From assembly GCF_006345805.1 (NCBI RefSeq), contig NC_043011.1, positions 19,914,464-19,978,463 on the forward strand: a DNA stretch of 64,000 nt, written 5' to 3'. The notes under the pieces are model-generated. The model was not told the origin of the DNA and did no database searches. It saw only the letters and a list, made by a program, of their open reading frames with translations. This DNA comes from Octopus sinensis. Taxonomy: Eukaryota. This document shows, piece after piece, positions 1 through 13,590 of the stretch. Within the stretch, counting starts at the first letter, position 1, and every line of letters begins with the position of its first letter. Position numbers and translations under genes: made by a program.

Positions 1-161
1 ATGTATATAGATAGGTAGATACATAAATAGATGGATAGATAAATAGGTAGATAGATATGTGAATATAATCATGGATGCTGTCATGTTACGTAATCGCATA
101 CACAAATACATAATACGTACATACATACATATGTATGTGTAAGCATAAATAACATTCTGTG

Positions 162-490
162 AAGGCACATGGCTCAGTGGTTAGAGCTTCGAGCTTACGA
201 TCGTGAGGTTGTGAGCTCAAATCTCGGACCGGGCTGCGCGTTGTGTTCTTGAGCAAAACACTTTACCTCACGTTGCTCCAGTTCACTCAGGTGTAGCAAT
301 AAGTTGTGACGTCACAGGTGTCAAGCTGTATCAGCCCCTTTGCCTTTCCCTTGGTGGCGGGGAGAGGGGAGGCCGGTATTCATGGGCGACTGCCGGTCTT
401 CTATAAACGACCTTGCGCGGACTTGTGTCTGGGAGGGTAACTTTCTAGGCGCAATCCTATGGTCTGTGTCGTGACCGAAGTGAGTCTCAG
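162..490 (+). mobile_element. tRNA-derived SINE, family D (CORE-like body), full length with TSD
   Basis: Head GGCACATGGCTCAGTGGTTAGAGC...GAGCTCAAATCTC (A/B-box-like). CORE-like TGTGTTCTTGAGCAAAACACTTTACCTC. Perfect 15-bp direct repeat AAATAACATTCTGTG at 147-161 and 491-505. Confidence 0.85.
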
Positions 491-1870
491 AAATAACATT
501 CTGTGGATTGTAACGATCATTATTAAAGCAGTATAACAGAGTATTGTGTGATTTGCAAGTGACTTTGCGGCAATGTCATCTATACCTCGCTAACACATGG
601 ATTGGACGTATATTTATTGAACTATCTAGTGTCTAACTCCAATTTTCATACTGAAGAAGTATACATGTTTACGTGCACACATACACGCATATATGTTTAT
701 AGGAGTTTCTGTTTGTTTATGAGTCTGAGCAAACAGAAAGAGAGGGGGTGAGATAGTGAGAGATGAAAGCAATTTAAGTTGTCAAAGAAGAATTACGAAC
801 TGCATCCTTCAAAAATCACCTATGTCGTCTGGCGTGGCTGAAGATGACAAATCTGCTACCGTTGGAGTAAGTTCTACGGCATCTATTGATGTGTCATCAT
901 CAAACGTTTTCGGTTGGCAAAGACACGAATTCATTCAGTGTAGAATTCTTTGGAATCCTACACAAGGACGGCCGATGAAACCCGGGCGGTCAATACGTTC
1001 GGAAACGTTGGAAAAAATAAGAGAAAATAAAGATTATCGAATATGTTAACGCAAAAATATATTGAATAGATAACTGCAAAGAGCTGACTTCCAAACAGGT
1101 GATAATATTGCAAATGAATAGTATCGCAATATTGTAACGTCTCTATCCATTTGCAATTATGATGTCATAACTGGATAAAACAGCTTTAGATAATGCTTTG
1201 ATTTTAAATATCTTTTGAACACCTGGCTAATATACGGCACATGTAATAACCAAAATTATTTTCATTCGAACACACACGTAAACACATACGTACACACATC
1301 AGAATCACAGTCATGCAGACACACATGCGCAGACACACATGCACAGACACAACGCAAATTCATCTATATGCACACATCAAAGCACAAACTTGAACTGAGA
1401 TATACAAATCCGAATTTCTTATCTGCGACTTCCTTCATCAAGTTTTCTGCAATGAGAAAATTTTTTGTTCTATACATCTTGCACTGAGGAGGACAGTGAT
1501 ATGTGATTAATTTAATTTAATCAAATCAATTTTATTTTTTCTACCATGTTATTGACATGCTAATATTACTGTTTGAAACGATCGTATGCCTGTATTAAAA
1601 TTATTTTCAATTTTAACGTCTTCTTTTCTCCATGTTTAACATATTTGAGGAGTTTCTATGGGATACCTTTCCATAAAGTCTCCTAACACACCATATACAT
1701 GTAATAATTTCATATTTGCAAAAATCTTACGCCAGTAACCTACTAGAAAAATTTGCAGAATCTTTGTTAGAAATCGTGCTTTGGAATCCTCCAAAGTAAA
1801 GGATGAAATATAATTCACCCTTCACACACACACACACCACACACACACATATATATATATACACACATTT

Positions 1871-2085
1871 CCTTTTATCTGTTTCAGTCATTTGACTGTG
1901 GCTATACTGGAGCACCGCCTTTAGTCGAGCAAATTGGCCCCAGAACTTATTCTTCGTAAGCCTTGTACGTATTCTATCGGTCTCTTTGCCGACCCGCTAA
2001 GTTACAGGGATGTAAACACACCAGCATCGGTTGTCAAGCGATGGTGGAGGAGAAACCCAGACACACAAACATTCACACACACTCA

Positions 2086-2121
<36 letters not shown>

Positions 2122-2282
2122 ACATACTTCTTTCAGTTTCCGTGTACTAAATCCACTCTCGGGGCTTGGGTCGGCCCAAGGCTATAGTAGATGACACTTG
2201 CCGAAGGTACCACGCAGTGGGATTGAACCCGGAACCATGTGGATAGTAAATAAGATACTTACCACAGAGCCACATCTGTGCC
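1871..2282 (-). mobile_element. tRNA-derived SINE, family A (CORE-like, internal (TA)n/(CA)n)
   Basis: Reverse complement aligns over its whole length to 2312-2730. Confidence 0.85.
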
Positions 2283-2311
2283 TATATATTCATATATATT
2301 TTTCACCTATA

Positions 2312-2730
2312 GGCGCAGGAGTGGCTGTGTGGTAAGTAGCTTGCCTACCAACCACATGGTTCCGGGTTCAGTCCCACTGCGTGGCACCTTGGGCAAGTGT
2401 CTTCTACTATAGCCTCGGGCCGACCAAAGCCTTGTGAGTGGATTTGGTAGACGGAAACTGAAAGAAGCCCGTCGTATATATGTATATATGTATATATATA
2501 TATATATATGTGTGTGTATGTTTGTGCTTCTGTGTTTGTCCCCTAGCATTGTTTGACAACCGATGCTGGTGTGTTTATGTCCCCGTCACTTAGCGGTTCG
2601 GCAAAAGGGACCGATAGCATAAGTACTGGGCTTACAAAGAATAAGTCCCGGGGTCGAGTTGCTCGACTAAAGGCGGTGCTCCAGCATGGCCGCAGTCAAA
2701 TGACTGAAACAAGTAAAAGAGTAAAAGAGT
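2312..2730 (+). mobile_element. tRNA-derived SINE, family A, full length
   Basis: Head GGCGCAGGAGTGGCTGTGTGGTAAG...GGTTCAGTCCC. CORE-like GTGGCACCTTGGGCAAGTGTCTT. Internal microsatellite and tail GTAAAAGAGTAAAAGAG. Homologous copies at 1871-2282, 60421-61048 and 61875-62046. Confidence 0.9.
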
Positions 2731-3061
2731 ATTATTTTTACCATTCTTGTATTCTTTAATTTTTTATGTATTTCAGCCTAAACCTGTGGCAATGCTGGAG
2801 CACGCCAGGGTAGTCAATTTTTCAATGACCATTTTTATGTGGTTTTCTTTTGTTGAAGGATTAACTTCGACTTTGCTTCCTTCTTTTGAGTTTCTTTGCG
2901 TGATGTAGCTTAATCTGAGACCTTAGACAGCAAGAGATTAAGTTGTTTCTTTAAAACATCTACCTGTACTCCATGAAGACCCCCCCCCCCACAAGATATT
3001 TCGGCAAGGTAGAGGCTCTTGAATTCCAAGCTATATCAGTACATGGTCCTCGTTCTAAACG

Positions 3062-3170
3062 GGAGAGCTGGGACTTTAGGAACAGTGAGACGTAGTAGCT
3101 GAGGTCCTGGAAACAGTGAGATGTGGTAGCTGGAAACTTTGGAACAGGGAGACAATATAGCTGAGACCTT
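3062..3170. repeat. degenerate ~31-bp minisatellite, about 3 units
   Basis: GGAACAGTGAGACGTAGTAGCTGAGG-like unit starting near 3079, 3110 and 3141. Confidence 0.5.
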
Positions 3171-3490
3171 AGTTTAACCTCACTTGATAAAATGGTGTAG
3201 TAACGTAAAAATATAACAGTACGTAATATCATGTAATATTCAGAACAAATAGCCACGATCAGGAAACGTGAGTACGATAAAATTAACATATTATAGATAT
3301 TCTCTAAACGTAAAATGTGCAGCGTTTGTTCTAGTTCCATATATAGATTTGCAGGATGCTGAAAGCCATTTTACGACTATTAGCATCGGACTCTCTAGTA
3401 TACTGAACGGTGTTTGTTAGTTAGCATTAATGCCTTTTATTCTCACTACTGTATAAATGTGTATGTGTATATACATGTTTATATATCAGC

Positions 3491-3511
3491 TATTATTATT
3501 ATTATTATTAT

Positions 3512-3553
<42 letters not shown>

Positions 3554-3582
3554 GAGGAGGAGGAGGAGGAGGAGTAGTAGTA
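3491..3582. repeat. compound trinucleotide microsatellite (TAT)n(TAG)n(GAG)n
   Basis: Directly visible. Confidence 0.95.
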
Positions 3583-4212
3583 TGTATATTTATATTTATA
3601 TATATACATATAGTATATATGTGTGTGTTTGTGTGTGTATATGGATAGGTAGAAACATAAATAGATAGATAGATATATAGGTAGATATATAGGTATATAT
3701 CGAATTTATTAGATTATAATTTAAGGTGAAAATGAAATACAACTCATTGAAGAAGTTCAGTACCTTCTTACCAGCAATTTCATGGGGCACACATATATCT
3801 CTTTAGGAAAGAAGAAACTATAACGAAGAGTTGTTTAGCTTCGTTTAGGCTCCAGTTCTTAAGACCTTTGTTCAAATACATGTCAGCAATACGCATTTAA
3901 TAAAACATATTAGACTGCATTGTTTAACGTGATTTCTGTGGCTTAACATGGACAACATGTCTAAGAGTTCGAACCGATAAGCAGAAGCACACTCGCAGTC
4001 TCATATAAGTTAATATATTATAACTTAAATATTTGTGTTTTCAAATTGTGGTATAAGTTTACAAATGACTAATGTGTATTATTGATCATGCTATATCCGG
4101 CAATTTATGATTTACACACGCATACACATCAGCAAGTACACAGACCCCCACCCCACCCACATATCTGTATATATATAAATGTCCGTGTATTACATACATA
4201 CAAATATACACA

Positions 4213-4248
<36 letters not shown>

Positions 4249-5771
4249 AAACAATATTTATATATGAGTGTGTGTGAGTTTGTGCATGTTTGTCTGTGTG
4301 AGGTGAGGTATATACAACCTCAAGCTACTTGCTATTCTAACAAGTGATATTATCTTTAACTCGAGAATAATATAAAATGTGAAGATGAAAAACATTTGTA
4401 CAAATATTTAAATAATTAATATTAATGTCAATACAACGAGGACTGAAATAATACTCTGCATATATATCATATACTTTTAATTCAACTAAACTATTTAAAT
4501 GTTAACAAAATGCGTGTTCTGTCATCTATTCCTGACATTAAAAAAATAGTTAGTTGTTGCTCGTTCATCATTTGTTCTCGCAATTGTAATATTTTTTCTA
4601 CTTCCAATTATAATGCAATTTAATTTAGTTTATACCACGAACTTTTGACAAGGGCATTACTGATCTAAGTTTTTAGCACTCTGTATTTCTTCAGCTCTCT
4701 CTAACAATTTATCTCTATTTATACATATATCTGTCTATCTATTTACCTTTATCTTATTGCATAATGAGTGTTATATAAAACTTCGAAAAGCAGGATATCA
4801 TTTAAAATTATCAAGTTATATATCTACATAAAGTCAACATATCGTAACACAACTCTCCTCATGGAAATATTTTGTCACATATTTATGAGTGACTGATTGT
4901 TAAACCCTTCTTGTTTACTCCCAAGTAGTTCTGTGAGTAAATCACTACACATAGTAATCCAGTTGTTTCCTTACTTAATGAACACTGCGCCGTTCAAAAC
5001 TGTCATATAAATCTAAAGATAAAAGCGATTTTGTGCTGCACAGTGGCGCTGATCGTATGCAAAGGAACGACAAGTCAGTAGTTACATTGACATTGAATTG
5101 GTTCGGTGAACTGTAGATCTCAAATATAAATGTTTACAATTAGTAATCGATAGGTGAGAAAACAATGAAAAAAGGAAACCTACAGAGATTTCATAAACAT
5201 TAGTCCACAAAATGTCTCTCAGAAACAGGAAATTGCTTCTATTGATGTTCAGTCCGAATATTTCCAAATCGATTCCAGGCTAAACAAACTAGGCCGTAAA
5301 AATGCATTCAAATTTTAGTAGATTAGGGAACAAATACGGACCTAAAACTTTAGACAAACCGTCTTCCATTTTGGAGGGGAAGCAGAGTATGTCGTAATAT
5401 TCAGAGGAACAGGGAGAATATGTTGTAACGATGGAAGGTAGGTAACAGAAGCAAAAAGAAAAAAAATATTCAATCTAGTTGTAGAATTTTGGGAGAGTAT
5501 TTCTAGATTTATTATCTAGGACGTTGACGTGCAGCTGTAACACTATCTCGAACATATACACTGCACTTTAACATGTTCCACAGTATAGCTTTGGTTGAAG
5601 ATTAATTTAAATTCAGATATTCTCAGGTTTTAAAATGAAACTAAGTGTATATTGTTAGTTTGGAAATGTCCACCATCTCTCCTCTTTGTAAATATATATG
5701 TGCATAAATAAATATATACAAGCATGCTCCTCACACACACATACACATACTCACAAAGATATTTATAGATG

Positions 5772-5903
5772 TGACTGTGTGTGTGGTAAGAAGCTTCCTT
5801 CCCAATGGCGCCGGACATGATGGACAAGAGTTTTCTACTAGAACCTCGGGCGGACCAAAGCCATAAAAATAAATTTGGTAGATAGAAACAGAAAGAAGCT
5901 ATA
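5772..5903 (+). mobile_element. degenerate 5' part of SINE family A
   Basis: TGTGTGGTAAGAAGCTT...CCTCGGGCGGACCAAAGCC...TTTGGTAGATAGAAACAGAAAGAAGC matches the 2312 copy with deletions. Confidence 0.6.
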
Positions 5904-5905
5904 TG

Positions 5906-6002
<97 letters not shown>

Positions 6003-6082
6003 TGCATGTATGTATGTATGTATGGATGGATGCATGCATGCATGCATGCATGCATGCATGCATGCATATGTGTATGTATGTA
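5904..6082. repeat. compound microsatellite (TA)n(TATG)n(CATG)n
   Basis: Directly visible. Confidence 0.95.
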
Positions 6083-6469
6083 TAGTAAGAAAGACAGGAA
6101 AATAATTTCGATTACCCCCACGAAGTGAGCTGTAATGCAAAAATATATACCTAAAATAAAAGAGGGGAAATACACTTTAATATATTTTAAATGAAGGAGT
6201 ATTGTGTTTGTCGACTGGTTTCTAATCATGACATTGACATTAGTGTAATTTCGTATTTTCTTAAGATTTTAGTCCATGCACTTGAATGGAAGTTTGCGAA
6301 TGAATCAACAAGTAGAAAAAATTTAGGGGATGTAGGTAGTGATAGTTATTACTCGGGACAGTGGAGGTAATTGCTCATTCGTGGGGTGGATTAAATAAAC
6401 TCACAAAAACTAAAGTTGTGAGATAAAATTTGTACAGTTGTGGATATGTGATCATGAATTAAAATATAT

Positions 6470-6905
6470 ACTGAAACTAAAGTTGGTTATGCGTTCATAT
6501 TTAAACGTGTTCCGTATTTTTCTATAACTAAATTTTCTTTATTTAAACGCTCTTGTACAGAAATTATTTCTTTGCACTGGTAGATGGAGAAAACTGCGAA
6601 ATTTGGTTGGAGATTCCCTGCACATCACTATGTATTCACTTAAAGATATTTATACTTTGGAAAATGGATCTGTTTCTTTTGTAGTGTGGTTCTCCGAGTT
6701 CAAACATAGATTAAATTCTCGTATGCACACGGGAAGTTGGTCTTAATAGTGAGCCTCTCTCCTTGTTTGAATTGGAATTCCAAACCTTCCTGTAGTTTGA
6801 GACATTTCCCACAGTTTGGACGTCCTCATTTTTAAACTATTTGTCTCGTAGTTGATTTTGTAAAGCTTTGCATTTGTCAGGAGTTTTTTCGGCGATTTGT
6901 GTTGC
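6470..6905 (-). pseudogene. decayed Penelope-like element, GIY-YIG region and ORF end
   Basis: Frameshifted minus-strand translation gives GRPNCGKCLKLQEGLEFQFKQGERLTI, then KTNFPCAYENLIYV, then RLNKE...IEKYGTRLN. This resembles the PLE Cys-rich linker, GIY-YIG start and C-terminus. Confidence 0.55.
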
Positions 6906-6945
6906 TTTTTACATTTGATGACTTTATGTGGCGTGAGTCCTGGTT

Positions 6946-7078
6946 GGAAGAAGAAGAAGAAGAAGAAGAAGAAGAAGAAGAAGAAGAAGAAGAACAAGAA
7001 CAAAAACAAGAACAAGAACAAGAACAAGAACAAGAAGAACAAGAACAAGAAGAACAATAAGAAGAACAAGAACAAGAT
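6946..7078. repeat. (AAG)n grading into (AACAAG)n
   Basis: Directly visible. Confidence 0.95.
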
Positions 7079-8146
7079 CGGATGTTCTTTGTTGCTGTAG
7101 CTGAGTGAGTAAGAGCTGAAAAAGAAAACGTGCTTAACAAGAACCTGTTAGACATTAGAGAATGCCCAGTATATTATGACAGCGGAATAGTTGATAGTAT
7201 AAAGTAACGAAACGAAATAATTCAAAGCATTAATTCAAAGTTAATACTTTGAATTATTTGGTTTCAGTTCCCATTCTAACTTCAGAATCAACGATTTCAC
7301 TTTTACCTTTCATCTTGTAGGAGTTCATAATTTAAATACCAGTGAAGTAGAAGTTTCATCCCAATTAATTAAACACTTCATCTGTCCACTTCGGGCATTT
7401 TCGCAATATAGGGAATGGACATTCCTTCATGGGAGGCTATAATTGCCAGAAATAATGAACAGCCTTTGTAGCTTTACTTTATTCATCCATGTTCAGATTT
7501 CAAGAAACATTAATCAATCGTGGTTCATTCCATCGATTAAACACATTAGAAACGCTTTGTCCTTTCTACAGTAGAGTCTATCAACCATATCCTTATTGAT
7601 GACATAAATCCAATCTGATACACCCTGTGAATTAGCCATAACGGAAAAGCCTTTCCTTATCCATTTACAGATTTTCACAAAATCGACAAGATACATCCCT
7701 GTGGATTCTAGTAGAAAACATCATTTGCTCTTTGCTTTTTAAGATATTTGACATTGTGTGACATCTGAAAAACTTACAAGCAATGCTTAATAATAAACTG
7801 TGTTGTGTGCCAATCAGTCAATTAATGAAAATACAGCTTTTTGTTCATACAGAAACAAATGTACTTTTAATACATTCAGTACAATCGTGAGAGACAATAC
7901 TAATTTTCACCTTATTACAGCAAGACAGGACTATATTTAGACTGTAATAACTCACAAGAATATTAATTATATAAGCATCGAGGGAAGATAATTTGAAATA
8001 TATGCATTAGGTCGTAATTACACTATGTTCCAAGCAAAGGCACAATCAAAAGTGCAATATTCGTGGATTGCGTTAACCTGATTTCAACATCGCCCACGTA
8101 TTTATTTTGGAAAGAGTTTATCAAAAGTAACTAGTCAACACACACG

Positions 8147-8321
8147 TATGTATATATATATATATAGATATACATATAGATATATATATGCATACATACA
8201 TACATATATATATATGTATGTATGTTTGTATGTATGTATGTATGTATGTATGTATGTATGTATGTATGTATGTGTGTGTGTATGTTTGTATGTATGTATG
8301 TATGTATATATGTATGTATGT

Positions 8322-8352
<31 letters not shown>
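8147..8352. repeat. (TA)n/(TATG)n compound microsatellite
   Basis: Directly visible. Confidence 0.95.
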
Positions 8353-8355
<3 letters not shown>

Positions 8356-8534
8356 CAAATATACAGAAAGCACAGAAACAGGTGAATAAAAAACAAGCAG
8401 GTGATTTAGTTTGAGGCTAGGGAAAGATGGAAATGTCTTTGACATTTCAAGCCTACACTTTTCGACAGAAAGTTTTGAGAGGAAAAAAATGGAGAGAGCG
8501 AAAAAAGATTGTGTCCGGATAGAGAGAAAGAGAA

Positions 8535-8578
<44 letters not shown>

Positions 8579-9071
8579 AAGAGATGGAAAGGAGTTTATA
8601 GGATGATATTTTTATCTATTGAGCTGTGATGATATCAATACAGGTTTGCTCGATAACCACCACAACGATTTATGTTCAAACTCTTTAGCTCTTAACTATT
8701 TTGCAAATAATTACCTGTTATATGAGCTATAAAGTATCGATGTATAAAAGTTTGTCACAAAATTGTTTGACGAAAGTTATTTCAGTGTGAATTGTATTAA
8801 GCATATAAAAATGCTCACTGCATTGGCATGTATGCCCTTAAATTAATATCTCAGTATATTATTATATATTTACACCTCAATTAAGTTTCGCTTATTCATC
8901 ATTCTATAATTGCAATTAATCTAGGGAAGAAACGTGTTAATTAGTTTTCCAATTATGGCGCAAATTTATTCTACTGGAACACATATATCATTCATTGTGA
9001 TTTATGTTTGAGTTATTACTTTTTCAATTCGTTATATATGTATGAGAATATGTGTGGGTGTGTCTATGTGT

Positions 9072-9108
<37 letters not shown>

Positions 9109-9493
9109 TAAGTTATCACTTATAGCTCATGGTTACCCCTTTTCAATTATTTGTAAACTATTGCAACGGCATTTAGTCGCTAGTATTTATTCTTAGTTAT
9201 ATACAACATAGGCGCCATACCCCGTTCAATTTCTACAAACACGACTTCTCCCCACTCACCGCTCATGTTTCTGTTTGTGACCAAAGAATCATGGTAGATT
9301 CAGGTAACCAAAGAAATGGCATTTTACGACAGACGTAATTATGTCGTCTTACCCCATCGTTTCCCGAAGTCAGTGAGCCATTTCCTTAGAACAACATTCC
9401 TCACTTATGTCTTGTACTGTGGCTGTTTCTTTCGCAAATTTATAGAAAGTTGTAAGGTTTGTTTTTACGCTTTCCTCAGCTCAACTCTCCTCC

Positions 9494-9530
<37 letters not shown>

Positions 9531-9599
9531 CCTCTCTCTGCTCTGCTCTGTTATTTCATTTTCATGGGATGTTTGATATTTTTTTCAATTAATGGGAGT

Positions 9600-10420
9600 G
9601 TCCATCTTTAAGTTTCCCTCTCAACCGGTTTGATACCTTTGATCTGCGTCTCATAAGGATTTTCTGGTCTCTGTAGATTGTGGTAGTAGGTATGCTAGCC
9701 CTTCTTTCTAGGGTATGTTTAACTCATATAGCTTCCATTCTCGACATAAATTGACTGAGTTTTCAGTCAATGTCATAGATAGAATGTCGAATCAGTTTCG
9801 TTTGTGGACCTCTTTGCGGATTGATTTCAGTTTTGTTTTATTGACATTCAAGTTTGATATGACGTGAGACCCTCTAATAAGACAGATGCCAACAGTGTTG
9901 TTGGCGTCGTCTTCACATTATTTGTAAATCAGATATCCAAGATGTTGTTACTGTTGGTTGGCGGGAGTATCACTTGTTCAATAAACAGCATATTAGCAGT
10001 TTCAAGTAATGATTCTACCGCCCATTGTACATGCAGGGACACCCCAGAGAGGATGGGCCTGCGGGCTATTTAATATTTGGAAGGTTGAATTCACCCAGGT
10101 GGTGTATATTGATATGCTGGTCAAAGCTTGTGAAAACCTCTTCTACATGCTTGCGTCTATCCTCAAGTTCACTATTATGGTTCAGGGCATTTGGTGGACG
10201 ATATGGTGTGTATAGCTACATCAGTTTGCTTTATATGCATTATTGAAGTGTCACAAACTAAGTCTGAGTGTGACAACAATACAAGTCGGTGACATTTTCG
10301 CGAATGTACGAAACAGTCCGTGGATTCTTTCTCTTCTGTGTGCACGAAATACAATATACCTGATATGTGTCTTCCTGCATTTGTTATATTAGAGGTTAGA
10401 TGTGATTCAATAAGCGACAT
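9600..10420 (-). pseudogene. decayed CR1/L2-type LINE, AP endonuclease domain
   Basis: Minus-strand pieces ESHLTSNITNAG.HISG, SHSDLVCD...HIKQTDV, LGEFNLPN and EQVILPPTNSNNILDI*FTNN follow the CR1-type EN motif order, with many stops and frameshifts. Confidence 0.6.
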
Positions 10421-11163
10421 GCATATTGTTTAATTGAATGCGGTGACATTTTATTTCTCTTCCTTTTTCCTCATATAGTAGAGTATACATCTCTGAATTC
10501 GCTTATATTGTAGCAATAAGCTAACCGATTTAATGCACTGTGTTCTAAAGTACCAACACCACCGTTACTGACTTAGCTTTCATTGCTTTAAAGTTGTTAA
10601 AACGAATTCCAGACATGAAAACTTATTTTACCAATCCTCTATAAATAGAACGCAATCCAAGCTTCATTAGAAACAATTATATAAACTGTATTCATACCTG
10701 TTCAGTCTTTATAATGAGATACTCATATCTCATGAAGTAACACTGATAATCCAATTTTTGTACTCTATCTATTCAGATATTATTTATTTATGTGCACTAA
10801 ATCTATGAAACTTATACATTTATGTCTTCATTTGCCATCTAAGTTATAAGAATATGTCATAGGAATAGTAATTATATTGTATGAAATTATTGTTTTTCAT
10901 TTAGACATTTCTGACGAAACAACGCTACAACACAACCAGCTATTTATGGAAATAATAAAATAATAAACAGGAAATCATCCACGTGAGCAGAATATTGAAA
11001 CTGTAGGCTGAAATGTAAATGCAAAAGCGACATTTTTGTAGGCGAGTTATCTCTCGTTTTTGTTTGTATACCAAATTCTATTGCAGTCATCCACTCTATA
11101 GTCCAGTTATATATAGTAGCGTTTAAATGCATATTATATGAATATATATATATATATATATAT

Positions 11164-11666
11164 GAAAGGTCTAGAGATAAATACTTTCCTCTCTGGTGAA
11201 TCTGTCATCAACTTCTTCAAGTATCACTTGAAGAGGAAGATGAGACTAGAGAGGGAAGTTTTATCTATTAAAATGTTTCAAAAAATGTTGGGCGAATGTA
11301 GCAAGAATGGCGCGTGTGAATGACGGAGCCACCTTGAATATAATCCTATGAACCAGAAAAAGAAAGGAAAAATACATTACAGTCACTTACTGCAATGTGT
11401 TTTTTGCCTGACATTATTGACCGAGAACACCGTGGTCTTTTCTGTAGGCTTTTCTTTCCATGGATCTACCTAATCTGTTTCCCCTTTTACGATATGACAT
11501 TTTTGTGATACACAATCCCCATTGATCGGCTTCCTTTTTTTTTCCACGAACTCTTTTAATCGAAATTCTACTCCCCCCCCACCTTTTTCTTTCCTTGCCA
11601 AAAAGAAAATCTCTTCTTTGTATTTTGTCCCCTCTCTGTTCAGCCCTCCGTGGCTAATAAAGAAAC
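11164..11666 (+). mobile_element. 5'-truncated Tx1/L1-like LINE (ORF2 end, 3'UTR, AATAAA)
   Basis: KGLEINTFLSGESVINFFKYHLKRKMRLEREVLS is homologous to ORF 25791-26315. T-rich 3'UTR, AATAAA at 11656-11661, and (TA)n/(CTAT)n on both sides. Confidence 0.85.
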
Positions 11667-11712
11667 ATATATACATCTATATAATATATATATATATATA
11701 TCTATCTATCTA

Positions 11713-11762
<50 letters not shown>

Positions 11763-12093
11763 ATGAAGGGAGCTATTTTTCGTCCGATATGCTTCCACTC
11801 AGTTTCCCCTATATCCAATTTTACTCAATATGTATATGACCGTTAGTTGCTCTGACGACAATTCGGAGCAGAGAAATTGAAACCGGGACTTGTTTATTTC
11901 AAGGTCTACTTACTACGCAAATATTCTGTCATGCAGTTTCACTACACGCACTAGTTATTTCTTTCTCTTTCTGTCTCTAACTCCGTATGTATACATAGAT
12001 AGATATTTGTATGTATGTATGTATGTATGTATGTATGTATGTATGTATGTATGTATGTATGTATGTATGAATGTATGTATGTATGTATGTATG

Positions 12094-12545
12094 AATGCAT
12101 GTATGTATGACAGAAAGAGAGTGAGAGAAAACCAGTAACAGAACGAAAGTCGCACACACAAATACACACACACACGCACACACACACACACTGGCACACA
12201 TAAGCACAGACACAGAACCACACACACACAGACATACAAGCAAAACCTGTATGTATGCATGCATGTATATATGTACGTATGTATGTATGTATGTATGTAG
12301 TATGTATGTATGTATGAATGTGTGTATGTATGTATGTATGTATGAATGCATGTATGTATGACAGAAAGAGAGTGAGAGAAAACCAGTAACAGAACGAAAG
12401 TCGCACACACAAATACACACACACACGCACACACACACACACTGGCACACATAAGCACAGACACAGAACCACACACACACAGACATACAAGCAAAACCTG
12501 TATGTATGCATGCATGTATATATGTACGTATGTATGTATGTATGT
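12094..12545 (+). repeat. tandem duplication, period 251 bp, embedded in (TATG)n
   Basis: GACAGAAAGAGAGTGAGAGAAAACCAG... begins at 12109 and 12360; the copies are near-identical. Confidence 0.9.
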
Positions 12546-12739
12546 ATGTATGTATGTATGTATGTATGTATGTATGTATGTATGCACGTGTGTCTGTGTG
12601 TCTGTGTGTGTGTATGTGTGCGTGTGTGTGTGAGATTTGAGTGGACGTAATAAATAATTATAATACACTATAATCTAAAAAAAATATAGATTTGTTACAT
12701 AAAATCCTCCTGACTCTTTGCAGTGTATCGCACTTAATC

Positions 12740-13035
12740 ACTTCAAAAGCCCAATGCGGCGGTCGGTTTTCAGGTTCTTTACACCTAGAAATATGTATCC
12801 TTATGCCATTGGGGAAATCGATATTCATCTATACTTCTTTACAACCTAACATTCCATTATACAACGATTTCATTCAATTCGCTTCGTAATTTTGCCGAGT
12901 ATAGAATAGAAATCAAGATACCTACGTATTTCACAAGGACATTCGAAATGTATCTGAAATTAAGTATATTCAACTGGGAACTGAAAGGTTATTTACGTCA
13001 TGTTCGTATCCTGGACGAGAATAGTAAACGTTGTT
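12740..13035 (+). pseudogene. possible decayed PLE 3' end
   Basis: GKSIFIYTSLQPN weakly resembles a GIY-YIG C-terminus, followed by a broken hammerhead-like CTGGACGA...TAAACGTT. Weak. Confidence 0.25.
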
Positions 13036-13489
13036 TTCATGTTCAGTAAGAAATATGCGTCTAAGATAATGTGAGACTTATGAGGTCTTATAGACTTGTC
13101 AGCATTTACGTTAAATAAAGATGAAATATTACGAGGTAAATGTTACAAATCTTCTGTTGGCAATGTATTTTCACTTGTAAGATATACAATTAACATGGCC
13201 GTAATCGGTCGTATAGACCAAAGAGGAAAATATAAACTAGTGATAAATATGTTATAACGCAAGACTCCTTTAAGAAAAATGTCTATGATGTCAGCAATAA
13301 ACACATTAATCATCCATTTCTGCTGCTCTCTCTCTTCTTTTTCTACTTCTTCCGATATAAGTACGTATATCTATACATTTTTAACTGTACGTGTATATAT
13401 CTATGCGTTTGCGTGTGTATGCATGTATGTGTGTGTGTGTATGTATTACGTATTCTGTATGTATGCTTATATACGTTTATAAATTCATG

Positions 13490-13543
13490 GGTTTTGCTTG
13501 TATGTCTCTGTGTGTGTAGTTCTGTGTCTGTGCTTATGTATGC

Positions 13544-13590
<47 letters not shown>

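Noticed and set aside
2312-2385. tRNA genes at SINE heads (also 162, 15915, 49751, 56637)
   Set aside because: A/B-box-like motifs run straight into SINE bodies, most with TSDs, and I could not build a complete cloverleaf.
5050-5600. Possible PLE RT remnant continuing the 6470-6905 element
   Set aside because: Only vague motif resemblance, and the domain order relative to the GIY-YIG piece would be wrong for one element.
7290-7700. Possible piggyBac transposase remnant (NLNMDE*K*SYKG on the minus strand)
   Set aside because: One weak motif among many stops; it needs tBLASTn or an HMM search to support it.
11845-11892. CTGACGA...GAAACCGGGAC hammerhead-like string
   Set aside because: There is no NUH triplet in register and no stem I.
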